The notes below the pieces were generated by a model that was given only the letters and a program-made list of their open reading frames with translations, was not told where the DNA came from and ran no database searches. From Seison nebaliae (taxonomy: Eukaryota): a stretch of DNA of 62,440 nucleotides. A program made the position numbers and the translations under genes. Positions 14,065 through 27,500 of this stretch are shown here, piece by piece. Location of the stretch: positions 1 to 62,440 of the forward strand of contig JALJEE010001778.1 in NCBI GenBank assembly GCA_023231475.1, written 5' to 3'. Each line of letters starts with the position of its first letter. Within the stretch, counting starts at the first letter, position 1.

Positions 14065-15078
14065 ATGGGAAGATTACTTATAAAGAATCCATCAGCAGAT
14101 CTCGTTTATTCTTGTCGTCAATGTAGTACACCGTTAGCATTGAAATTGGATATCATTTCAAAAGATTTCCAAGGACAAACGGGTCGTGCCTATTTATTTA
14201 AAGATGCTATCAATTTGGAATTTACGGAAATGAAATTGAAAGAGATGGCGACGGGACGACATTTCATTCGTGATGCAAATTGTAAATTGTGTAAGAAGAA
14301 TGTGGGATGGTTCTATGAATATGCCGTCAATATTCGTGAGATGTATAAAGAGGGTCGATATATTCTGGAATTAGCACGAATTTATATCACATCATGGCCG
14401 AGACGTGATCATCGACGTTCATGGATGCATCATACGGCTGATAATAATAATGTGAGTTGGAGTACGAATAGTTTGAATGAAGATGATCAACATGAAATCA
14501 TTTTACAAAATATTCAACGTTTAATCGATCCTACAGCACGTGATGCAAGATTAAGACGTTTGAATCATTTGAATTTTTTACATCGACACGGAGTTCCATC
14601 ATCATCTCCACGACATTCATTCAATTCTTATTTGAATGTCGATAATACATCATCATCATCATCATCTACTTGGTCATCCACATCTGGCACATCCACATCA
14701 TTATCGAATACATCGACATCATCCGGTGCCGGATCAACATCATCAACGACAGGATTCCAACCGAACCCTTCAAGAAATAGATCTAATAATAATAATAATA
14801 ATTTATTTGATTTTGAAAATACAATAATTATTGCAACACCACCACCATCATCTGCAATTTCTTCATCATCAACATCATCATCATCATCATCATCATCCTC
14901 CTCCTCATCTTCTGCAGTTGCAACATCAGTAATTCCGTTAACTGCTTCTATATCGTCATTCGTTCCACGATTTACATTTCTTCGTCGAAGTAACAATGTT
15001 GGAAATTCGACATTTATTCCAATTACTCCATCTGTCAACAATTCATCTTCAACAACATCACAACCATCATCAACTACG

Positions 15079-15113
<35 letters not shown>

Positions 15114-15696
15114 GTCAGTTTCTTCATCAATATCATCATCAATTCCCACACAACATGTAGGCTTCTTTAATGGAGTGAGTCGGGCAGCAACTGATTTAAA
15201 TCGATATGTGGAAGAATTGTTAGGAACGACTGATACATTTCTTCTACATCCACCATCATTCACTATCGATGATCGTATAACAAGTTTAATCGATACATCT
15301 CCAAATGTCACTTCTCGTACACAACAACAAAGAGAGTCGATGAGTCAACAACAAAACTTTTTTGATATCGAAATGGAAGATGATGCATCAACACCAACCA
15401 CATCCATTAATGAAACACCCATTGATCATGTTGATGATAATACAACTCTCACTAATACTAGTAATGAGAACGATAATAATATAACGAGAATCATTGCAAC
15501 AACAACAACAACCACTAACAGTAGCAGTCAAACAACAGGAAGGTCATCCAACAACCACAATTCGAATGAACGAGTAAATCAGAATGATAATTTATTTCGA
15601 ATTGATAATGTCTCCTCATTGAGGGTGGGGAGAATTCGTCGTGATACTAATCCAATAATATCTTTAGTCACTAGTACTGCAAGCGTACTGGAATAA
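14065..15696 (+). CDS. YPEL5: Yippee-like (YPEL5-type) zinc-binding domain plus ~430-aa Ser/Thr/Asn-rich disordered tail, single exon
   Basis: MGRLLI..YSCRQC..ISKDFQGQTGRAYLF..MATGRHFIRDANCKLC..GWFYEYA..YKEGRYILE is the Yippee signature with two CxxC motifs. Confidence 0.85.
14648..15140 (+). repeat. Coding (TCA)n microsatellite tracts encoding poly-Ser
   Basis: Runs of tcatcatca at ~14648-14666, ~14862-14910 and ~15079-15112. Confidence 0.85.
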
Positions 15697-17343
15697 CATT
15701 TCCAATAACACTTACAAGAAAACAAATGAATGGAACTTGAATATTCAATTTTTCCTTCATTTAATTTATGATGTTTTTTTTAACAGATTTCAAAACAATC
15801 TAATCATCACATTTTTCTCATGGAATATTTTTGAAGTGTGAATGAAGAAACAAGATTTAAATTCAATCCTTTTACTTTTTAATCCGATCTATCCAATTTC
15901 ATCATCTTCCTTTCCCAAAGGAAAAAAAAAGGAAGAGTTTTTAAAATTTATTTAGTTCAACATATCAATTCTTATCAATTATTCACATTAAAAAACAACA
16001 ACAACAACAACGACAAGAAAAATAATATCACAGAAAAAAAAGCAATAATAATAATTATTATGAGAGTAAGAATAATATCGATTATTTCTCATCATTCATC
16101 GTTTTCATCAAAACAATGATCATGTATTAGAATCATATTCAGAAAAAAATTTAATTTTATTTCTTTCACTTCTCCTTCACGGGAAAGGATATCAGTAATT
16201 TATAAAACAGTTTCTTTAAAATCTTTCGGATCATTTCAATTTAGCTTCAAATATCATCACACTTCATTGATTTCGTCAAATCTTCTTCAATCGTTTTATT
16301 ATGTTCACTAATTTATCAATAAACAACTCTTTTCCCATAGCAAATTCTCCATATCTGGAAGATCATTCACTAGAATTCCCAATACATAGGGAATCATACA
16401 ATTCTTTAATTGATTTCATAATTATATCGATAATTTATTTCAATTGGTATGAGGATTGTTAATAGAAGAATTCATGAAAGTTTAAAAAATAAAATTTTTA
16501 GAATACGAAAAATAATTATAGAAATATTTGAAGTAAATACAGTAAATAATAAGTAAATAAGCTTAAGAAATCTTTTGGGATATGTCGAACATTATTAGGA
16601 ATGGAAGCAAATACGATTTTCATATTTTTATTATCGTTATTGAACTAAACATAAGATTAATTGCCCTAATTTATTTCCATTCAAGTTTATGATATTTTAA
16701 AAGGGAATGTCATGTTATAGAGCCTTTTCAAGTGGTCATTTTATGAAAATTCACAAGAGAATTATCGAGTATTCAATTATCAACTTTCTCAAATGAATTG
16801 TTCGTATTTAGAGATGTTACTAACTGCTTAAATATTCGTTATGTTAAAATTTCATTTCATATTCGACAAACGATTGAAATTAGTTAAACGAAATATATAA
16901 CTAATAATAAACGAATAGTTAAATAATAATTTGGAGAAATGTTCCAACTATCCTTTCTCAAAAGGCCATTTTCTTTATTGTCGAGTTAAAATTATCAGTG
17001 TTTAATCCATCGTTTAACAAGTATACGGTGAAATAATTTATATTAGCTTGGTACATACGACAAAGGTCAGAATACATGTGCAAGGTAAGAATTTTTGTTG
17101 TTATTGGCAATGTCTGAAATATCATTCAACCAAAGAGACTTTAAGAGAAGAATAATTTAAATATTAAACGATTATCGATTGATGAGTTTTGCTATTTATG
17201 AAATTGAGTGCCTATCGATAAGAATTTGGTGAACTGACAATTTGTGAGTAGATTATTGGAGTTACCATTCTAATTATCATACGACCATAGAAAGTTTCCT
17301 AGATATCGATAAAATTAATTGGGAAAGGAGAAATATATAGGTC

Positions 17344-17357
17344 GTTACCATGACAAC
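17344..17357. promoter_or_regulatory. RFX X-box upstream of the DCDC2-like gene
   Basis: GTTACC-AT-GACAAC (reverse complement GTTGTC-AT-GGTAAC) is a near-palindromic X-box ~915 nt upstream of the ATG. Confidence 0.6.
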
Positions 17358-18271
17358 TAATTCAACTTTCATGTATATTACAGTCTCTATTCGTTTGTTC
17401 CCTGATGTTTTATGTTTATAGTTGTGTTCTCTTTTATTAAAATCAGATAGACATATATTAGTTAATATACAGATGAAATAATTCTATTAATTCTTTTATC
17501 CGCTTCGACCGAGTTCACTCTTAAATAATTTTCATGTAAACTATAATGAATTGTGGATATATATTCATCAACAAACACCCGAAAAAGTCTTCGTGCATTG
17601 GAAAAGGAGAAAAAAAAGGTTCTTCACAGCATACAATTTCTCACAAAAATGGAAAACGAAATGAGGAACAAATAAATAAATTGTTCGAATGTTTTTCATT
17701 CCTTCGAGCCGATGTGCATTCGGAACAGGAGAAGTTCGGAAAGAAAAGTGCTGTAAGAGATTATATCATTAAATTTTTCATTATTTAATTATTTTTTTTT
17801 CATCGGCATTTCTCCTTCTACCTGAAATTTATGTGTGCATGATTATATCATATTTCCTGAAATATTCATTCTTTCTTGGTATATTAAGTTCTACTGAAAT
17901 CGATAAATGAAATCATTTAAATGTAAATTTGAACTTTCCTCCATTCTCCTTCAATTCTTCTTCAAATATTTCATTAAAAGAATTTCATTGAAATAAATGT
18001 TGCATTTGATTTCTCATAATGAGATTATCGAATATATTTCAACCATTTGCATGATCAAATAATATGGATGTTGATATTCTTCTTTAATCAAGCACGAATA
18101 ATTTTAATATATGTTCATATATAATTCACTTATTTTTAACCATCATTTCTCTTCTAGAATTTCTTTAGGAAAAAGGTTGATAAATAAAAATTTCAATTTC
18201 TCTTTAAACCGTTTAGAGATATCTTGAGAAGTTGAATTGTATGATCAATTTTATGAAGATTACCATTAAAT

Positions 18272-20532
18272 ATGAGCGAAAATCAATTTAACGAGAATCA
18301 TGAAGGATATATTCCTACGAAGTCGATAAAAGTCTTGAGAAATGGCGATTCATATTATCGTGGAAAGAAGATAGTTGTCAATCAAAAGAAAATGAGAAAT
18401 TGGAATGTTCTCCTCGATGAATTATCAGATACATTAGAAGCCAAATTTGGAGCCGTTCGCCGATTATATACTCCAATTAATGGAACAAGAGTTCGCCATA
18501 TAACTGATTTGGAAGATAAAAAGATTTATATTGCTGCCGGAAATGAAAAATTTAGGAAATTAAAGTTTTCTTTAACCAACTTTTTGATGAGAGAAATTTG
18601 AATACGATCAATTTGCAGTTATTTGGATATCGATAGTGGGAAATTGGTGAATGATAATAATCTATTGAGACCTGTCAATTATCAAGAATATTGGAATTCC
18701 AGTGGAAGTAAAGCTGTACAGTTTACACCTTCTAACATCGTCTTATAGTTAGTGGAAATCATTTGAATTATAATTATTTTTACACTATATATTATTTTAT
18801 ATAATAGTGTCCATAAGAATGGCGATCCTTTATTTGTACCTGCAAGAATTCTGTTGAGACAACGAGTCATCGATCAAGGTATGTTACATGTTCTAGATGA
18901 AATTAATGAAAAACTTCGTTTGCGCGGAGCTGTTCGAAAGTTTTTTTTTAATTCTTTCAAATGATAAATTCCGTTTTCAAACATACTTTATAGACTTTAT
19001 ACGACGGAAGGAGATCCAATTCGTAATGTGTCTCAATTAGAACATAATGCCTATTATGTAGCTGTTGGGAAAGGTGATCGATTTCGTCAATTCAGTTACT
19101 CCTCTCAACAAAATAGTCAACGAGGATCCTCTCCAAAGAAGTTGAAAATTCATAATCAAATTACATTATAAAAATAAAAATGTTTTGATATAATTTCAGC
19201 AAAAGCCAAAACGGCAGTGCACCATTCTCTGATAATAATAGTCGGAAATCAGTTCAACGATATAATGATGGGTTAAAGCTTATACTTATTAATTATAAGT
19301 TCATGAAAACACTTGTGAATATAGAGAAAGTATTGAAATCGAAGAGAGATCGGATTATACGATCGGATCGTCAAACGCAACACCACAATACCCAAGCTCT
19401 CATGGATCGTTGAGAAAGCAGAATCATACACAAGACTCAACTAGGAGAAAGTTTTAACGAGATAGTTTTGAATTAAATTAAATCGGAAATTTAGTTCGGA
19501 GAAAAGGAAAGAAGATCCGAACGAGAAGATTTTCAAAGGAAAAAATTCTCATGAATCGAATGGAAAGAAAAAACGTGCCGTCGATAAAAGTTTGATATTG
19601 ATGGAATTTTTGATGGAATTTTTGATGAAATTCAATATTCTACTAAAGATGATGGTGTATTTAGTGGAGCGAAGCAGAAGGATAGTAAGGCAAAAGAAAT
19701 CGATGAATCAGAAGATTTGAAACGAAAAGAGAAAGAACGAAATAAACCAGCAGAAGAATTGGAAGTTAATTTTTAAATTTCTAAATTAATCAAATTGAAA
19801 ATTATTGAAAAGGATAAAGGAAAATCGGATGATCATAACGAGAAGGTTTTTCATTCATTCTCTTCATGGACTTTTTATTAATATTTTCCACTATCATTTC
19901 TCATTCACAAATACCTATTTCTAAAATTTCATGTACTTTATGTTCATCTGAAATTCCCCCTTATCCAATTGTGTTGTCTTTAATATCAATCCTATCTTAA
20001 ATCACCACCGCTTGTGCCATTACATCATAATACATCTCTTCTCTAAAAATCGAGAAGATACGAGACGAAGTTCACGAATATTTATCTGACATTAGTGGTC
20101 ATGCAATAGAGGTTTACCCAATTTCCATAAATTTATTTTTTCCTTAAACAAAAATGCACTTGATGTTCCGGTCAGCTAAATTTCACTCGGTTCTTTCAAG
20201 AAAATTATCGTTTGTCGATAAAAGAAAAATTTTTTTGATTTTATGATTAATCATTAATTTATTCATTTCATCGATAGAGACTGTCGGGTAGATCAGAAAC
20301 GGAGAAGGTTAATTTTTAAGAATTCCCTTAAATCGATTCATTTTCATCCAACTTTAAAAAGAAGAGACCGGATAGTATGAATCAGTACAAAGTCCTCCCA
20401 CCAATATCATCACCCACTCAAAAAGAAGTTAATCTTTTGCTCAGTTAACAATCGATTAATCGTGTTGAATGTTCTAAGGATGACGCAGCGAAGGTAATTC
20501 AAAGGAATTATCGAAAATATAAGAAGAATTGA
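18272..20532 (+). CDS. DCDC2: DCDC2-like tandem doublecortin-domain protein with C-terminal IQ-like motif, 12 exons; introns 18565-18618, 18748-18807, 18940-18993, 19141-19199, 19272-19324, 19451-19494, 19590-19648, 19765-19812, 19846-20277, 20308-20361, 20428-20478
   Basis: DCX1: KSIKVLRNGDSYYRGKKIVVN..FGAVRRLYTP..YIAAGNEKF. DCX2: VLYVHKNGDPLFVPARIL..GAVRKLYTTEG..YYVAVG. Tail AAKVIQRNYRKYK. The model gives a 1293-nt CDS. Confidence 0.85.
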
Positions 20533-23056
20533 GTGACGTAATAGACGAACAAATGTTTGGAAGAATCAATCAATTATTTATAATCCCTTTCAATCAATAA
20601 CCACCAATATTCGACTCCGATTTATTATAATAAACAATTCATTTTACTAATTTCTTTTGCTTATTATTGAACAATTCATTCTCATCTTATTCTTCTTTGT
20701 AAGAATTTTTCATAAAAAATATTGTGGTTGAAATTTTGCTAGTTCTATTCTATACGCTGATTGATTGTTCTGATTGATCGAGATAGAACTGTTTCTCAGG
20801 AAAAAAAAATCATATGATTAACTGTTAGAAAATATCAGGAAATTTTTCAGCTTTCGATATTTAATTCATTGTCTGCTAAAGAGAATTGCATGAAGTTAGT
20901 AATGAATAGAAAGCGGAAAAGGTGAATGATTTGATTGATTGCAGACGACAGTTTCCTATCGTCCTGCTCTAAATATAAAAGAGTTGAACTAAACAAATCA
21001 ATTTGTATTCGTTTTCTCATTCAATTCTACGCATGATGATGAATATTAGCCAACTCAATTTTTATTAGTTTCGATGAGAACCTTTAGTTTCTTTTTTCAA
21101 GTTACCACAATTTTATTGTTCCTATTATTTCTTTCAATTTACTTTTTTGATGCGGAATCTAAAAGTGTCAAATAAGAATATGAATTAGATGGAATATTGC
21201 TGTCATCAATTATTAGAAGAATGATGTAATATGGAGAAACAATTCCATTCGATGTGGACAAAAGCGATTGATAATTATTTGTTCAAATTTCATTTGGCTT
21301 CTCGATTAGTAGGAAATAAAAGAAATTGGAAAAAGAAGAAATGGAAGAAGAATTGTGAAGAGAGGTGAATGAAAGAACGATTGAAATGAGGAAGCTGAAA
21401 TAGATGGCAGAAAACATCATTCGGTTTGCAAGAACCATTGATAATAGGTGAATACGTCGGAAAGAAATCGACAATTTTTTACGCTAAATAATTTTCAATT
21501 TCGGAAATTGAAATTCGTTTAGTTGAAAAAAAAAATAACAATTTTCATTCTCTAATTTCTTCCTTATACATTCTGACATTGATTGCTAATCTGTCTCTTT
21601 TATCGTATATGGAATTTGTTAAGTATTTATTCGTTTCACATAAACAAATATTTCTCTTAATCTCACTGCTTATGTTCGAGACGGAACGGAAGAGAAATTT
21701 ATTAGTTTTCTAATAATCATATCAACTTATATTGTACGTTATATTCCTTGAATTATGTAATCTTATAATAATTATACAGTTTATGAGCAGAAATTATATG
21801 ATGGAAGCGAGATGCAGTTCCACAAATAATTTCCACTCCTTATGATTCTCGAATGAATTTACTTTTACTACATATCTTCTAATTAATCTTATGTTCCCTT
21901 ATTATGAGCAATAGATTTTCTTCATTTTTCTTTTTAGGATTTACTGGTAATTAAATGTATATGTCGATTTCCATTTAATCTAGAACTAAAGTGTTTGTGG
22001 AAAATGTAGGGAGAATAAAATGAAATAGTATTGATATAATTTCATGTAGATATGTAGGTAACTAACTGAAAATTGAATGGATATCATACTATGATGGAAA
22101 ATTTATTTGATGTTTTCAATTTGTTAGAATGTTATTATCATTAACGTAGTATACATATGTACACAAAGAACACTTCCGTTTAATGAAATGTCAATAAATG
22201 AGCAAATTGCATAATTCCAGTTGAAGAAGAAGAAAAAGAAGAAGAAGATTTGTATTGGGGAGAATGCCATCATTTAAAAGGAAAAGTATACTATTTGCTG
22301 ATGGAAGATTTCTCATTTAAATAGAAGAAAATCTTAACTGAAAATTGATGGTTTCTTCTCATTCGGAAATATAACATTTGAACGCATATTACATCAGATG
22401 AAATACATCAGATGTAGATGTATTGAATGAATACTATTCATTTCGATTAAGTAAACATAGTACTCCGCTAATTTAAGACATGAAAGATAACAGTATAATT
22501 CTCAATTTAATTGATGTTACAGAAGAATTGATTATGAGTTTATTATTCTAATTAACCCATTAAAAATTTCACATCTTCTTCCATCATCATCTTCCTTTAG
22601 CATCATATCCTAAATAAATTGTTGTTGTTGTGCATATATGGAATGAATAGCTGTATGATTTGATATTATGTATATCAATCGATATCGATGTGCGCATATC
22701 TCATGTGCATCAGATATACGATATGGCATATATGAAGTTTTTTTTATCTGTATATCCTCATTGGTATCTCATCAACACGAATGGAGGGGAATGTTATGAA
22801 TTAATCATTTTGCCTTCCGATATGAAGAAATGCAGATCATTCCATATTTGTCGGTCTTATGATTGACATGATCTTTGAACTTGTTTCATTTTCTTCTCAA
22901 TCTCTACTCTTTTTGCTCCAATTTCGCCTGCTTCCATTTTCACCGAACGAATATATCTAATTTATATCTCATTCCTCTCACTAATGAGATTTCAGAAGAG
23001 TTTCATTTAGTTAATACTCATCATTAAATGGAGAGACTAATCGTATTCGAACGAAA

Positions 23057-24597
23057 ATGAAATTATTTCTTTTATTCTTCTTCATTCAATTCCATTGGGG
23101 ATATGGTCGTCGAAAACGATCGGTGGACGAAACAAGTTACTTTGTGATCGAAACTATCGAAGGTGATGATATTACATTACCATGTATGATTAGACATCGT
23201 CGAAAACAATTACACGTTAATTCAACAACTAACATAGAATTCACCTTAATATTTACCCGAAATCTTTTAGGTTGTCTGGCAATATTATGATACATTTAAT
23301 CAACTATTTTTCCTATCAACTGGTGATGAAGAGAATAAGAAATTTCTTTCCCTCTCAAACGTTCGACACAATGACAATTTGAATAAATTTCTCACAGAAA
23401 ATATTCCTCAAACGTTGACCATTGGTCTTCAACAATTAAATGAAGATCTTCGATTACAAATTGCTCATCGGAAAATTCAAAAGGTTTTCTCCCATTACTT
23501 AACAATAAATTTTTTTACGAACATTCTAGACTTATCGATTAGCTAAAAGGAAAACATATTTGCCAAGAATAAGAGAGAATTTTTTGGATTATGACGAAAC
23601 GAATACGATGTTCAGTACTCGTCCAACGACTATTATAGAAGATTGGAGTCTAAAAATGAGAAATGTCAAATTAAGTGATACAGGTGTATATCTGTGTAAA
23701 TTGAGTAGTATGCAGTTACAAGAGAAACATATTATTATTCTGAAGGTGAATCGTTAGTTGAATTTTCTTTTTTCGCGCACGAATAATTTAATCTCTGTTA
23801 ATTACTTGTTGACAAATTTACTTGTAGCGAAATTGAATTGTGAAGATGAAAGACATCGGAAAGGAATGGAGATTAATTGCCGAGTAAAATTAGATGAAAG
23901 GTATTTTGATAGATCGTTTTCATGGAAGTTCCATGAGAATCCTCGTCGATTAGATGCTGACAGTTCCTTCGACAAATTATCTCAAACATTGATGCCAATA
24001 GTGAAATGTTCAGCCAATAATCAAACAATCACCAATCGGCAACATATGAATATGATATTCCGCATGTTAACTTCCAATCTCTCCACCCAATCTTCGTTAA
24101 ATGGTGGAGTTCACCGAATCAACACGGAAATGGAAATGACTGATACATACGAAATTCGCTCAACTCTCAATGCATTATCAGTGAGAACGGCGACTGATAT
24201 AATTGATGATCGTTTGATTGATCCACAATCAAAGACAATTATCGCCCAAATTAAAACACGAATGAACAACAGAACAAAAGAGATAATTATCGGAATTAAT
24301 ATTACAAATGTTCAACCGACAACTATTCTATGCGAAATGTACAATCAAAGTAGACAGTTCTTCCTAGATCATTATCCGATTGATGTCGAAAATGAAGATA
24401 CGAATTCTATTTGGTATTTGTATAAACCGAATCAACAGAGACGTTTCGATTATCGTCGTCAAAAACAGGAAAGACATTTGCTCCATCGACAACAACGTCG
24501 TTTGGGAACAAATGACCACTTTCATTCATCTTCCGCTTCAACAATCGTCATTTGTATAGTTCTATTTGTTCCGTCATTCTATTTATTGTTAAATTGA
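23057..24597 (+). CDS. Dpr/DIP(IgLON)-like Ig cell-surface protein, paralogue A; introns 23216-23270, 23484-23529, 23753-23827
   Basis: Signal peptide; V-set Ig motifs ITLPCMI..VVWQY..LTIGLQQLNEDLRLQI..DWSLKMRNVKLSDTGVYLCKLS; C-terminal hydrophobic (GPI-signal-like) tail. Confidence 0.75.
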
Positions 24598-27500
24598 ATT
24601 CCATCAATTATTTACCTCCTTCCTTTTTTTTAATTATCGAGAGAAAATAAACAGCTTCTTCTCTTACTATTATTCAATCGGTCTTCCAATATCAGAATCT
24701 CTCAAAACTTTCTTTTCCATTTCTATCATAATTCTCGTACAATTCAAATAAGAAATTTGAAAATAATCGTCACACTCATCCTACTTTGCAGTTGTGTATA
24801 GTTTACTTTTCTGACTTGTAATTGGAAACCAATTTACTATTTCTTTCTATTTAAAACCTTATTTCGGGAGAAGACAGAAGCAACCTAGGTGTAATAGATA
24901 GACAATGTATGGTTGCTTGCCATTGTTGTTATGTAAGATTGAAAAGTAAACAGGAGAAGGAAAACATGAAATGAAGAATATGGTGAATTGTTTTCATTCC
25001 ATTCTTATACCATCATATTGATTCTCCTACTATTATTCCATGTCTGATGATTTGAGTCGAATACAGTTGATTGAAGAAGTGAGTCGAACATAAATGATGA
25101 TGAAACCATATTCCAATCAAGAAAAGTAAAAGCAGAAAAGTTGAAGTATAAAACAAATGAAGGTTATTGGTAAAACAAATATTTTCATTAAAACTCTTTG
25201 ACGTATCTGACTTATAGGGGGAAATATCTGTTCTCCATGAATCATCAATAATATAAAGAGTATTCATTTCATTTTATTTTAATTCAACATTCTCCTCTAT
25301 AATAATTATGCAACAATATCTGATGCTTCAATTCGACGAAAAAAAAACCACAAGTAACATTGAAAAGAAAAAGTATATTCGAATGACGTTCCTCTTTCTG
25401 CCATATGGTTATTAGGAGATTAATAATTGAAATTAATATTTTATAAATATGATAGCAGTACTCTGTTTTCTGCAGTTACCTTTACATTTCTTCGGTAAGC
25501 ATCGCCATTTTCTTTTGTTTTATTTCTCCGCATAAATTAATGAGCTGCACAACGGTGTATCTGTCGTTTGAAGCGGAAGTTTAAAAGACTTTATTTGCTA
25601 TTGATGGTGTTTCGTAATGTTGTATGAATTTCTTCTTCTTCTTCTTCTGATAAATTAAATTTATTTCTTCATAATTTTCTTCCTTCATTTGTTGAACATA
25701 ATCGTCGATTAATTTTTTTTCATCTTTCTTTTACACTTTTTTCGCTGACGAAAAAAATTCCTTCTTTTTTCATAAAAGAAAAAGATTCTCAATTTATCTA
25801 TGCAATAAATTAAGGAAAGAAAATGATGATGGGAAAACTGAAGTTTCTTTTTAGTTAATCTTGTAATCATTCTCTCGTCTGTGTTAAGCAGGTTCCATTT
25901 TTCGACATATTTCTTTCATTCCATTAATCGATATGCCATCACAAATCATATCGATCTAATCGAAGACAATGACATGAAAGTAGATAGAAATGATTCTTAT
26001 CTTTTCTTTTCGACAGATGCAAACGAAAAAAATGGACAAAAGTAGAGTACAGTCCAAATCATACGAAACAAATTTCCACATTTGTATTCTATTCAATTTC
26101 TGCAAATGGAATCGTTCTTTTCACTGTTTTTCCCATTTTGACAGTCAACCGCCAACATGAATAATGATTATCTTTTCCTAATCTCGATAAGTTTTGATTA
26201 TTTCTCCAATTCTATTCACAAAGAAAGTAGAACATGAACGAATTGAGGAAGATTAAATATGTTTAATAGATTATTCTTTAACGATTATCACTTTCAACTC
26301 GGAAGAAGTCTCATTCTTTTCGGAGGAGAAGATTGAGAATTCAATTTTGTTGCACAGCCAGCTGTTCACTATTTCCATTTGATTAGGGAAATATGTAGAT
26401 AATTTAAATATAAAATCTGTCTTAACCAATATTTCTAATTCGTGATCATTTCGTGCATTCCTATTCCGTATCCAATCCATTACTACTACTAGTCAGAGGT
26501 TTCTTTAAAAAATCCCAACCTAATCATGAAGAATAGGAAGTTGTTGGTTAAAGTCATATAGTACAAAAGATTTTTAGAATATTACCTTTTTAGGAGGGAA
26601 ATTGAAAATTTTCTTATTCTTAAACATATCCTCACCACATAATCAGAATAACGAGTTGTGGTAGTCTACAATGAATGAATGTGGGAAGAAGTGGATAATA
26701 AGGTATTCCAGCAAGTTCAAGGACCTAAATTAAGACATAGTAGTCTTCAACCACCCAACTCTAATAAAGAAAGAAGAAGATGATCATTTCGAATCAATAG
26801 ACATTCGAATCTCAATGATGATAAGTGTGAAAGAGAAAATGTGTATATTTATTGTGGATGCTCGAATTCAATCATTAGTATCACTCTTATTTTCTATTTT
26901 CGTCTCCTTTAATATCATTGTGATCGATTTTCATCATCCACCACAAACACCATCATTTTCGATGTACAAAGAAATAATTTTTTTTATTAAAAATTTGAGA
27001 CGTAATAAAGAATTGAATGTTGAAAAATTTTAAATTTTAAATTATGATATGTCATAAAATAAATCATAATGATGGGAAAGATTTTGAAAGAAATCTTAAA
27101 ATCTCTTAAAGTAACTTAAGAATTATACAAATCTTATGAGTATTATGTATTATCTCAAAAAGGAATGAAACTAAACTGAATATGTTTTTAATAAGAATAA
27201 TTTCGTAATCGTGTCTTATTATCCGATCTTATGTTTAGTATCATGATAATTCTATTAGAATCTAATTCATCTCCCAATTATTTGTAAATTCAATCTGTTT
27301 TAAGATAATAATTTTTTTATCTCATTATTATCATGGTAATGGTACAGATCTCGAACAATACGATGGTAGGGTAGTCGGATTATTAAGTCGAAATAGAATA
27401 ATAGTAGTGGTGGCAGTATGATTGATTATTTGATGGAATCTTATCAGAACAATTATTTGTCTAAATATATTTATTATCTTCTCTCACGACAATTGTTCAA

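Noticed and set aside
14628..15311. 227-aa Asp-rich ORF on the minus strand
   Set aside because: Antisense shadow of the (TCA)n poly-Ser tracts of YPEL5.
19598..19632. Short tandem repeat (TTGATGGAATTT, about 3 copies) in a DCDC2 intron
   Set aside because: Ordinary slippage duplication with no spacers; not CRISPR-like.
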